A DNA stretch of 18,422 nt from Ginkgo biloba (Eukaryota > Plantae > Ginkgophyta), in NCBI GenBank assembly GCA_024626585.2, contig JANKJI020000004.1:92671823-92690244 (forward strand), in the 5' to 3' direction. This document shows, piece by piece, positions 9,010 through 18,422 of the stretch. Under the pieces are notes generated by a model. It was given only the letters and a program-made list of their open reading frames with translations, was not told where the DNA came from and made no database searches. The position numbers were made by a program, and so were the translations under genes. Each line of letters opens with the position of its first letter. The first letter of the stretch is position 1.

Positions 9010-10857
9010 AGATTATGTAAGTCACTTTCGGGTAGTGGACCAATCATGACAGATTTCCTCTTGGGAATTTTGAGCGAGACTTCTGGCACATGTGATTTGC
9101 ATTGCCTTTAAAAAATTCTAGGAGCATAAGTGAGAGGTGCCATTGACCTTGATTGATCAAGATTTGGAATGGGTCTCCTATGTCTGGCGAGACAACCTGG
9201 GAGGGTTAGAGGAGCTAGCAACCCTTGAAGAGGTAGGCCTATTTACGTGACCCTTGTTGAAGAAGATATGGTGGGGGTCAATAGAGGGGAACATCAGATA
9301 CATGGAGCAACTAGCAAATGTACACTATTTGGAGGAGGATACACAATAGTTAGAGAAGGATTGTATGAAGTTTGTCCAAATGATGGAGGCTAGAGATCAA
9401 TAGATAACTTTGTTGGAATAGGTAGCCGCTTCTCCTTACAAACCACCACAATTGCCATCTAGCCTTGTGGAGTATTCCCTCCCTTTTTGAGGCAAGTGCA
9501 ATTTCTCTTAAAATGGGTTCCTCCACATTCAAAACACTTAATTGGTGGTTTGTGCTGATCTTGGTTGTTTTCCCCAACCTTACCCTTACCCTTGTCCGAT
9601 GTCACTAGTTTAGTTGGAAAAGTCTTTTGCTTCTTGTTGAAGAACTTGTTACTCTATTTGAAGAAAGGCTTCTGGAAAGATGAGGAGTCCTTGTCTTGGA
9701 ACGATTTCAATGGTGGCTCCAACTATCTATTATGTGCCACCTCCCCTATAATGCAGTTTTGGATGCTTCCTCCACAGTCTGAGGTTTAATCACCGCTATG
9801 CTTTGCCCAATATGAGGTTTCAAATGACATAAAAATAGGTACACTATAAAAGGCATGGTCAAAAGAGTCAATCTAGTAATCAATAGGTCAAATTATTACC
9901 ATACTCTTGTATCATATGTGTTTGTTTGATGGTCCTGAGTTGATTGTAAGCCTCTTGAGGGTCATTCTGCAGTGCATGTTTCTTTAGCATAACCTCCTTC
10001 ATTTCCTCCCATAAGGAAATATATAGCCTCGTCCCTACATGCATTCTATTAAGACTCCATTTCACCATTCGTTTGCAAGTCTCTTGATGGAAAAATCACC
10101 ATGGGAACTTTGTGCTCCATAATATCAAAGGACTCTAAGAATGTCCCCACAGATCCCACCCAAGCTCCAAAAGAAGAATCCATGTTTTGACCATCATACT
10201 CAAGAATTTGCACATTCTTCATTTGTTTAGGAGATTGCGACAATTTCCATACCTGTTGACTTGTGTTGTACTTAGGGTCACAATTGCCATCCAATTCCTC
10301 GCCTTGATCTTGTTGTTCCTCCTTGGGTTGGTCCTAAGGGAAAGGAACTTCTTCTTGCTTAGGGTTAGGAGGGTTTTCTTCCACGACTTCCATCTCTTAT
10401 TATTTTCTTCTTCAGGAGTAAGTCTTTAGTGGCTTTTCTTTCTTTCCTTTAGTTCTGTCAACTCATTCCTCATGGCTTGCATTTTTTCCTGTAATTCTTT
10501 AAGAATTGTTGATTCCATATTGGAATCCAAAGTACGTCTTGGCCTCTGGTACCATTGTAACAACTCGCTCTGTTAAGCTTGCAAAAACAAGCTTATTAGA
10601 CTTGTATCTTTAATGAAAAATGCAAAGGAAAGTGAGATGAATTTAGTCAAGCCTTTAGAAGAAAAAATAGTCATACAGTTAATGTGCAATGACATTGCAA
10701 AATTAATTGTCATTAATTCATAGTTAAAAAATTTTAATGCGTTAGTTTATAGGTTGGTAGGCTAAGAATGATTAGGATAGGGTCGACTTGTAGTAGATGA
10801 TCCAAACACCTTTCGTTGATCGTGGGGACTGCAATGAGCTTGAGCGGAGTAGGAAGC
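9010..10857 (-). mobile_element. 3'-truncated Ty3/gypsy element: LTR (from 10556), PBS, gag and protease remnant
   Basis: The PBS at 10543-10554 follows ...GTTACA. Gag motifs are ILEYDGQ...AWV (10049-10294 ORF) and LWEEMKEVML...YNQLRTIKQTHMIQEY (9880-10068 ORF). A decayed zinc-knuckle-like WFVRRSGY (~9420-9445) and a weak protease-like IDP (~9275) follow. No RT is seen downstream. Confidence 0.8.
10543..10554 (-). promoter_or_regulatory. tRNA-iMet primer binding site
   Basis: The minus strand reads GTTACA-A-TGGTACCAGAGG (10/12), about 25 nt before a gag-like ATG (MESTILKELQEKMQAM). Confidence 0.75.
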
Positions 10858-11029
10858 NNNNNNNNNNNNNNNNNNNNNNNNNNNNNNNNNNNNNNNNNNN
10901 NNNNNNNNNNNNNNNNNNNNNNNNNNNNNNNNNNNNNNNNNNNNNNNNNNNNNNNNNGGCAACTCCTTCCATCTTATTGCTTGGTGTCATCTATCTTGTT
11001 TATGGAATAGTTTGTAGTCTCAATGTTAG

Positions 11030-12536
11030 TTGAGAATCGTAGCTTGGGAATTTGTACTTAATAATTGGGCCTCACAAAGGGCTAAGGAAATAATAAAGTG
11101 TAAAACAACTTGTCAAGTTGTTAGAAGGTTGGCAAATCCCATAAGATGGCTTGTGAGTTAAGACTTAAGGCTTGGAATGACTGTCTATGGCATTCTAAGG
11201 ATTATGGATTACATATATTTTAAGGGTGACTTCAAAAGGCATTTGAGAGAGCCTACCTAATGAGTTTAAGAAATATAAATAAAGTTTGCAAGCCTCATTG
11301 AAAGCATAATGTACAAAATTGAACTTTTAATTGTGCCTTTTTTGTTCTCCTTCCTCATAAATGCAACTTGTGGGGGTAGGATACTCGGGGAATTGTAGGA
11401 AGGAGCTATTTTTAAATAGTCAAAGCAATTGAATCCCCTAGAAGGGCAATAACTTGCATAGACTAACCAAACAATGAAATCATTGGAGGAGAAAGAGCAT
11501 GGCTTGTGGGAAAACTCNNNNNNNNNNNNNNNNNNNNNNNNNNAGAATTGAGATCTTTGAAGGCAAATTACTTGGGGAAAAATTAACTCTTTCGAATCCG
11601 GTTTAGGCTAATGACATGTGTCTTGTAAAAAGGAGTTCAAAACGGCACAATACATATGGTGTTGGACCCCTATGGAATTTAGAAGGCAAGTTTCCTTAGT
11701 CGCTTTGTTGTTGGGATTCAGGGCTTGCAAATTGGAGCTAAATTGGAAGCATAATAAAATTTGGCGTATTGGAAGAGGCTTGAAAGTGTTGATTGCTAAA
11801 AGTAGAATTGAAGTAGAGTTGAAGCAACTTAACCAAAAATTCTATTGAGGGCTTTGCTGAGTTAAAGATGACTCTACTATTATTAGAAACAATAGATTAA
11901 GGCTTATAGACCTTGTTGTTTAGATTTTGTGCTTTATTGACGGTATTATCCTCCCTTGATGTATTTTCCTTTCAAGTAAAAAATCAACCTTAAATTAATA
12001 TAATTTGTTCCATGAGTATGGTGGATGATAAGGATGAATGCATGGATTGCATTAAGGTTTGATGCCTTTGTGTTTGGTAGTAAGACCCTATTGTCCTCTG
12101 GGTATACGCTTGAAATTGTATTGTTGGCCTAGATGCCTATGGTGGGGAGGATAGATTTCTAGAACTAGAAGTGAGTGTTAGATTCTTGGGACCACATAAT
12201 ATGATGGGCAACTATGTTTACAAGACTTTATGAATAAAGCTTGAATGGCCTATGTCGACATGGATTCTTGGAACCACAATAGTAGTAGAGGTTGATGGCA
12301 TGAATCACTGCAAAGGGATGACACTTATGCATTGGTGGTGGAATCGAATATACTTGATATGAGGTGGCACCCTTGGGGGATCATCTAGCACATTAGTCTA
12401 TCCCGTTCCAAGTCATAAGGCTACTAAGGTACAAGTAGATCTCATTTGAGAGTAGGTACCACTTTCCTCTTACTGGCCATACTCTTGCTTGAGCATGAAA
12501 TATGTTCTATGGAGTGAACTTGAGGAGCTTGCAATA
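11030..12536 (+). repeat. 5' LTR (~1.5 kb)
   Basis: Homologous to 14930-16845. Anchors: 11199-11241 vs 15102-15144 (36/43 ungapped) and AAAGTGTTGATTGCTAAA identical at 11783-11800 and 15654-15671. TATAAATA lies at 11274-11281. It ends in TA (probably CA mutated) 1 nt before the PBS. The start is approximate. Confidence 0.85.
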
Positions 12537-12537
12537 T

Positions 12538-12549
12538 TGGTATTAGAGT
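12538..12549 (+). promoter_or_regulatory. tRNA-iMet primer binding site
   Basis: TGGTATTAGAGT, 10/12 to TGGTATCAGAGC with both changes C>T, exactly where homology between the two LTR copies stops. Confidence 0.8.
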
Positions 12550-13595
12550 CGAGTTCACTTCGTAGTCTTTTGCAAAAAGTGATGTCCACAAGAAATGTGG
12601 AACAGTGGGAAAGCTCTATTAAAAAGTGACAACAAAGACTAAATAAATTAAGAGTTGAAGTTTCACAAATGAAGAATCAACAAAGTAGAAGGTCTTGCTT
12701 TGGAAGAGTGAAGGAAGAAAAGAGGAGAAGAAGGCCCTATAGAAGTCGTTTTTGAAGAGAAGACGAAGAGGTTGGGCAAAATATAAGCAAGAGCCAAAGG
12801 CATTAGATGAATTTGTACAACCAAGCTTTGAATAGTGATTGTTGAGGCAAAAGAAAGGGAAAATATGACGTAAAAAGGTAGAAGAATGCCCAAGCATTTC
12901 GAACCCTGTGCANNNNNNNNNNNNNNNNNNNNNNNNNNNNNNNNNNNNNNNNNNNNNNNNNNNNNNNNNNNNNNNNNNNNNNNNNNNNNNNNNNNNNNNN
13001 NNNNNNNNNNNNNNNNNNNNNNNNNNNNNNNNNNNNNNNNNNNNNNNNNNNNNNNNNNNNNNNNNNNNNNNNNNNNNNNNNNNNNNNNNNNNNNNNNNNN
13101 NNNNNNNNNNNNNNNNNNNNNNNNNNNNNNNNNNNNNNNNNNNNNNNNNNNNNNNNNNNNNNNNNNNNNNNNNNNNNNNNNNNNNNNNNNNNNNNNNNNN
13201 NNNNNNNNNNNNNNNNNNNNNNNNNNNNNNNNNNNNNNNNNNNNNNNNNNNNNNNNNNNNNNNNNNNNNNNNNNNNNNNNNNNNNNNNNNNNNNNNNNNN
13301 NNNNNNNNNNNNNNNNNNNNNNNNNNNNNNNNNNNNNNNNNNNNNNNNNNNNNNNNNNNNNNNNNNNNNNNNNNNNNNNNNNNNNNNNNNNNNNNNNNNN
13401 NNNNNNNNNNNNNNNNNNNNNNNNNNNNNNNNNNNNNNNNNNNNNNNNNNNNNNNNNNNNNNNNNNNNNNNNNNNNNNNNNNNNNNNNNNNNNNNNNNNN
13501 NNNNNNNNNNNNNNNNNNNNNNNNNNNNNNNNNNNNNNNNNNNNNNNNNNNNNNNNNNNNNNNNNNNNNNNNNNNNNNNNNNNNNNNNNNNNNNN

Positions 13596-13950
13596 ACTTT
13601 GGGTTAACTTCTTGCATCTTTGGGAATCTTGTTGTTTCCTCTATCAATCATCAATAGATTCTTCTGCCAATCTTTCCTTTGGGAACCATTTATCTCCAAT
13701 GTTGCATGTTTGGCTAGTTTTTCGTTGAAACATTTTGTAGTTTGGTTGTGGACTTTCGCAATTTCCATTTCTTTCCAACTTTCCAGAAAACAAAAGATAT
13801 TTGTCTTTTGAATTGAGAATAGGTTTTATGATCAATGCAACCAATTGTAGCTGCCCCTAGGACCCATGAAGTCTTGGACTCGTTTGCTCTAAAAAGCTAA
13901 GTTTTAGCTTTTTTGGCCCATGCTTGCTCCTCTTGCATAATCATTTTGTA
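13596..13950 (-). mobile_element. Probable nested antisense gag fragment of another retroelement
   Basis: Strand composition flips to T-rich. The minus strand gives TCNIGDKWFPKERL, resembling the gag CxxCxEKWxPGHxC motif. The left side is hidden by 683 N. Confidence 0.4.
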
Positions 13951-14929
13951 ATCATCTCATGGATGACATAAATTTTATGAGAGATTACAAATTGATGAGT
14001 TCGGTGGCAAGGACATCATAGTAAAGTTTCATGGTTGAACAAGATCAAAGGTATTTTTAAGTCTTACAATGCTTCTAATCGAAATAAGCTTATGCTTGCA
14101 CAATTGCCATTGAAAGATGCATAAGGAATATGGTGTCAAGGCATAGAGAGGAAAGTACATTGAGGAGTAAGACAACCCATTGATACATGGGAACAAATGG
14201 TAATATTATTGACATGCATTCTTGTAGATGATGAAAAAAGAGGTGTTAAGATAAACTAGATCCATATGAGAATAGAACTAGAAGTTAGAAGCATGTCTTT
14301 GTAAGAACACTAGAGCTACCAAAAAACATGCAAGTTCATCACTCCGTTAGAGGGCCTGGATGCTAATATCAATCAAATAACAACTTTAGCAAAGCTCAAG
14401 ACATTGGAAGAAGCTAATAGCAAGGCTTTAGTAGTAGAAAGCATTACAAGATGATCATGGCAAAGAAAGAAAGAGCATAATACAAACATTCAAGGAAAGG
14501 GTTCATGCAGCTCACAAGCAAGCATCAACAAAAGGATGGATAAGGCAAAAATCAATATAATTTGGATCAAGAATTAGAGGCACGAAACTGAAATTCAAAA
14601 TTGAATGTCAAAGACAATAGGAAATGTCTTCAAGAAAAAAATATGCTTTCTATGTAGGGGCAAAGGCCATAAAAGCAACGGATTGTCATACAAGTCAAAC
14701 AAAACGAAGCAATTGTAGCAAAAGTGGCTTATTAAGGGTGATGAGCTCAAGGGGGCCAGTGAGAAATGTTATAACTAGGTTATATCACTCCCTATGTCTC
14801 TTATACTCCATCAATAAATCAAATTAAAATTTCTATTTGAAGATAGTGGATCTTATAACAACTTGAATGTCAATAAACATCACATTGTTGGAGAAAGGCA
14901 TCTAGAAGCGTGTCTCTACTTAAAAGCTT

Positions 14930-16845
14930 TGAAACTAGTGGCTATAAACCCATATGGAGGTCAAAGTGGGCCCCACAAAAGATTACGAGAATTAAGGAAA
15001 ACTTAAAACGATTTGTTGAGCTATTAAAAGGAAGGAGGACATGAAAAGGTGTATGAAGAGCTAGTGCTTGAGGTCTAGAACCACTTCCTAGGGCACCCAT
15101 AGGATTAGGGATTACATATATTTGAAGATGAACTTCAGAAGGCAGCCTAGAGACACTATGTAGTGGCCTTGAGAAGTATAAATAAGGGTTAGAAGTCTCA
15201 ATTGAAGCATGATATTCATAATTCAAGCTCCATGTGTGCCTATTTCCCTTTTTCCTCATAAAGGAGAAGGACACAACAACTTGTAGGAAGAAGCCTTCTT
15301 TTGAAATCATTATAGTAATGAATAACCCTAGAAGGGAAGGGACTTGTGGGAGATGAAAGTGATTGGAGTAGAAAGATGGAGACTTGTAGGAACCTTGATT
15401 TTTTTTTTTTTTTTGTAGAACTATTTGAAGGTTAAGGACTTGGGGATAGAAGTTGCTTTTTCAAATTCGATTTGGGGTAATTAGATGTGCCTTATAGAGA
15501 AGAACCCAAAAATGCATAATGCATAGGGTGTTAGACCCCATGAATAGGCTAGAAGCTGAAATTTTTAGGTCACCCTACATTTTCTAGAATATGGCTTGCA
15601 ATTTGGAGAAAAATCTTACGCAAAGCAAAATTTGACTTGCTCAAAACCATTTAAAAGTGTTGATTGCTAAAGAAAAATTGAAGAAGAGTTTATGCAGAGT
15701 TGCTACTTCTTGATTGAAAAATCTAGGGAGGGTTTGTGGAGCTGAAGATGACTCTAAACCTACAAGAAACGACAAATTATAGGTTACAAACCCAAGTGGT
15801 AAACTTTAATGTTGCTTTGAGTTTGTTATTACATCTTACTTGATGTATAAAAACTTAGCCTTAAATTAATGTAGTTTGTCCCATGAGTATTCTGAATGAT
15901 AAGTTTGAATGCACAGATTGATTAATGGTTGGATACTTGGGCTAGATGCCTTTATATTTGACTACAAGACCTACTTAACTTGTGGGTATATGCTTATGCT
16001 TGGATGGCTAGCCTAAGCAACTACAATGTGGGGGATAGATTCTTGGAACCACAAGTGGGAGATAGATACCTAAAAACCCATAAATTGATAGATTGCTACT
16101 GCTTATAGGACTATTTGCTTAAGCCTAGCGGCTATATTAAATCATCTTTATNNNNNNNNNNNNNNNNNNNNNNNNNNNNNNNNNNNNNNNNNNNNNNNNN
16201 NNNNNNNNNNNNNNNNNNNNNNNNNNNNNNNNNNNNNNNNNNNNNNNNNNNGCTAAAGTGACTTGACTAGGATCCTTGGTTGCCATTACTAAGATAGAGA
16301 ATAAAGCATAAGTACTAAAGACATCATTAAAAAAGGTTGGAAACTAGTTAACATTTCATAAGGATTGGATTCCTTTTATTTCAATACAATATCCAATATT
16401 ATTATGTCTATATGGTTCATTTGGATGGCCTATATGGGAGATACATTCCCAAAACCAAAATTGGAGGATAAATCCCAAATACCAATTAATATTATGCATA
16501 GATAATGCTTACACGATACTTTATGAAATATGAATAAATTATATAAGGGATGCATTCTTCAATCCATAGGTGGGAAATAGATTCTTAGAACTACAATAGT
16601 AGTAAGGGTGGATCCCTTAAATTATTGCAAGGTTGTATAAATAGTGTGAATGTGGCATTGTGGTTTTCTTAAATGACTAGTTGGGGGTCAAGTAGCTCAA
16701 AAGTCCCTCCCGATCCTGCTAAAGTCATTGGGCTCCTAAGATTTGAGTGGGTCCCATTGTTTAGTAGGTGCTCTATTTCTCTTACTAGTCATAGGGTTAC
16801 TTGCATGATGCAAGTTCTGCAAATTGAGCTTGGGGAACCTATAGC
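14930..16845 (+). repeat. 3' LTR (~1.9 kb including a 100-N gap and extra sub-repeats)
   Basis: Colinear with 11030-12536, with TATAAATA at 15177-15184. The terminal segment GAGCTTGGGGAACC (~16826-16839) matches GAACTTGAGGAGCT (~12516-12529). No PBS follows. Confidence 0.8.
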
Positions 16846-17149
16846 CTACACTTGAATGGGGGGCTTGTTTGGGATATCATGAAGCGTGAAGTCATGCTTG
16901 ATTACTTGATAGCTAGATTTGAGATATGTCAAATGGATGTTTGGGGTATTGATTCTCTCTAGAATGACTTAGGGTTCTTTAAAAAAAATGTAGAATTTTA
17001 AATCTTTTAAAGTATAAAAAATGATTTCGTAGTCCTAAGAAGACGAGGATATTGTCCATGGTTGTCTTTGCCTAAATTAGGGTGGCGGGCAAGATCGAAT
17101 TTGAGCTTTATATGGATATGTTTGCAATCATCATTAAATTACTTATTCA

Positions 17150-18422
17150 TGGGGCAATGACTAGAGGATTAGTGGCAAGTAAAGTGACAATTAGACTGGG
17201 GAAAGGAGTCTTGGGTAGCCTCTACTAAGAATTGGAGAAGCCAATAAGTGGATATTGGTGTTGGTGGGGATGTTGATAATAAGGGTGAAATTAGGTAGGC
17301 ATGATTAACCAATAGGTATACTCTAGGAGACATGATATTTTGTACCTAATGCAGTAAGGGTAAGTTGGATGGGATGTAGTCAAGGGCACCAACACCCTTT
17401 GTGTGGATAACAAGTAATTGAGAATTGAAATAAACCATTCAAAATATGTAAATCATGGGACTCACTATGTCCAAGAAGGTGTGGCAACTACTTCTACATC
17501 CTATGATTATCTATCTAGCCAATGTTTTGATGGGTTTAGCATGGAAAGCCTAATTCATCCTCTGTCATGTCAGAAACTATTGTGTACATCTTGCTTGTAC
17601 GAGGTTAAGCCCGCCAATAGAATAACATCTATCATAGTTGACACACTTAACATTTCAAGGTATAGATCTGAGTAGAACAACATTTATAGTGAAATCCTAG
17701 GATGCTAATGGAAAGTAATAGATTGCAATATAAACCTCTCTCAAGGTGGTCCCTTTTTAACGTCTAACTTAAAAAAATGGGAATGGGCATCAATAATTGC
17801 CAAGTTCACTATTGGTTGAAGATGGCCCCTAATTGAACGTGCCAAACCTCTAGTCCCTCACCAAATATAGATCATTGTACTTTGCAAAATTTCCTCGTCA
17901 CTTGTTCACATGCAAAAATCTACTTGTAGTCTATAATAGTGGGTAAGGAGTGCTCAAGTCTCGCATGAGTCTTTTATAAAAAGACTACATCTCTTGCTTC
18001 AATCATATCTTGTGTCCCATATGAAGTCCAAAGCATACTATTACATTTCCAACATTCAATGGAGATGCCTGCCATCTTCAAGCTCCTAGAGTTTTGCCAT
18101 CAAAGTATATTAATAAAGTTCTTTAAGAGGATCATCAAAGTTTTAATGGTTCAAGAAAAGCGGAAGGTTGTTAGGAAGGAAAATATTTGGGAGTAAAAGG
18201 GCCTCATTAGCATCATTGTTGCGTAGGAAGTGGTATAATTGTGGGCCAGCGACAGGGAAGATTCTCCATGTGAGAATGCATATTGAATATGGTCATTTCA
18301 ATTTGGCCACATTGTCCTTTTCAAGGTTGGAATAGGAGATGAAATCCATTTCTATCATAGAAGGAACCAACTTTTTGCATCCAAAGCATTGTTGAAGAAA
18401 ATACGAATTTTCTTGGAGAAAG
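17150..18422 (-). pseudogene. Decayed Ty3/gypsy integrase, possibly with a chromodomain remnant
   Basis: Minus-strand motifs in the expected order: FLQQCFGCKK (CxxC 18377-18388), MDFI (18338-18349), FDGKT (cf. TDGQT, ~18095), TPYPLL (~17940), LDIVSPMIY (cf. LEKIGPVAY, ~17450-17475) and a weak QFFSRGYP (~17215-17235). Confidence 0.6.

Larger units (their letters stand above)
543..16251. other. Eleven N runs (gaps or masking): 543-612, 1346-2054, 2553-2587, 3737-3757, 6208-6303, 7213-7226, 7454-7553, 10858-10957, 11518-11543, 12913-13595, 16152-16251
   Basis: Seen directly. Three runs are exactly 100 nt, the usual placeholder for a gap of unknown size. Confidence 0.95.
11030..16845 (+). mobile_element. 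LTR-PBS-gag-(protease start)-LTR retroelement without RT/RH/INT, with strongly diverged LTRs
   Basis: Two colinear direct repeats flank a PBS and a decayed gag: SWLNKIKGIF...IDTWEQM (~14030-14200), EGLDANI...KTLEEA (~14350-14415), zinc knuckle CFLCRGKGHK../DC (~14644-14687) and protease DSGS (14842-14853). Confidence 0.8.

Noticed and set aside
11104-11122. Palindrome AACAACTTG-T-CAAGTTGTT
   Set aside because: It is not preserved at the homologous position of the 3' LTR, so it is likely chance.
12619-13728. ORFs of 249-342 aa
   Set aside because: They are mostly N. The non-N parts are antisense or off-frame readings of decayed gag.
13891-13913. Perfect 10-bp hairpin AAAAAGCTAA-gtt-TTAGCTTTTT resembling a terminator
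   Set aside because: It is AT-rich, inside a retroelement fragment in eukaryotic DNA, and has no supporting context.
14942-15310. 122-aa minus-strand ORF
   Set aside because: It lies within the 3' LTR, has no recognisable motif, and no corresponding ORF is listed for the 5' LTR copy.
12140-16600. ~24-nt repeats as a CRISPR-like array
   Set aside because: The copies are degenerate, irregularly spaced, inside plant LTRs, and have no cas genes nearby.
17700-18290. Plant mobile domain-like fragments (ERFILQSITFH, WRIFPVAGP) on the minus strand
   Set aside because: The motifs are in the wrong order for that domain, and the region is better explained as decayed integrase.
1-18422. rRNA, tRNA or a prokaryotic defence or novel operon
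   Set aside because: I see no such structures. The tRNA-complementary 12-14-mers are retrotransposon PBSs, and the DNA contains spliceosomal introns.

Overview
This is eukaryotic, AT-rich land-plant DNA from a draft assembly, with 11 N runs totalling 1,954 nt. The large, TE-filled introns suggest a gymnosperm or another large-genome plant, but that is inference. The only intact host coding sequence I can find is two small + strand exons, 7686-7801 and 8108-8173, both missed by the ORF track. They splice in frame to AVACLEGDGCRIRSGITMTEEEECSSLDTSVACDSCDIW/YHAVCVGFDPENTIDGSWLCP(R), a PHD finger I recognise from memory as At4g10930-like (plant RING-PHD protein). The rest of the window reads as two very long introns packed with old, decayed Ty3/gypsy LTR retrotransposon pieces. 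These include a minus-strand gag-PR-RT-RH-INT relic (1-3880), five tRNA-iMet-type primer binding sites, a minus-strand gag-PR relic with its LTR, a + strand LTR-PBS-gag-(PR)-LTR element lacking pol, and a minus-strand integrase relic at the right end. I see no prokaryotic system, CRISPR array or RNA gene, and no strong evidence of a new biological system. The best leads are the atypical PHD finger, the gag-only element, a candidate LTR-derived 12-nt poison micro-exon and a Helitron-like hairpin end.
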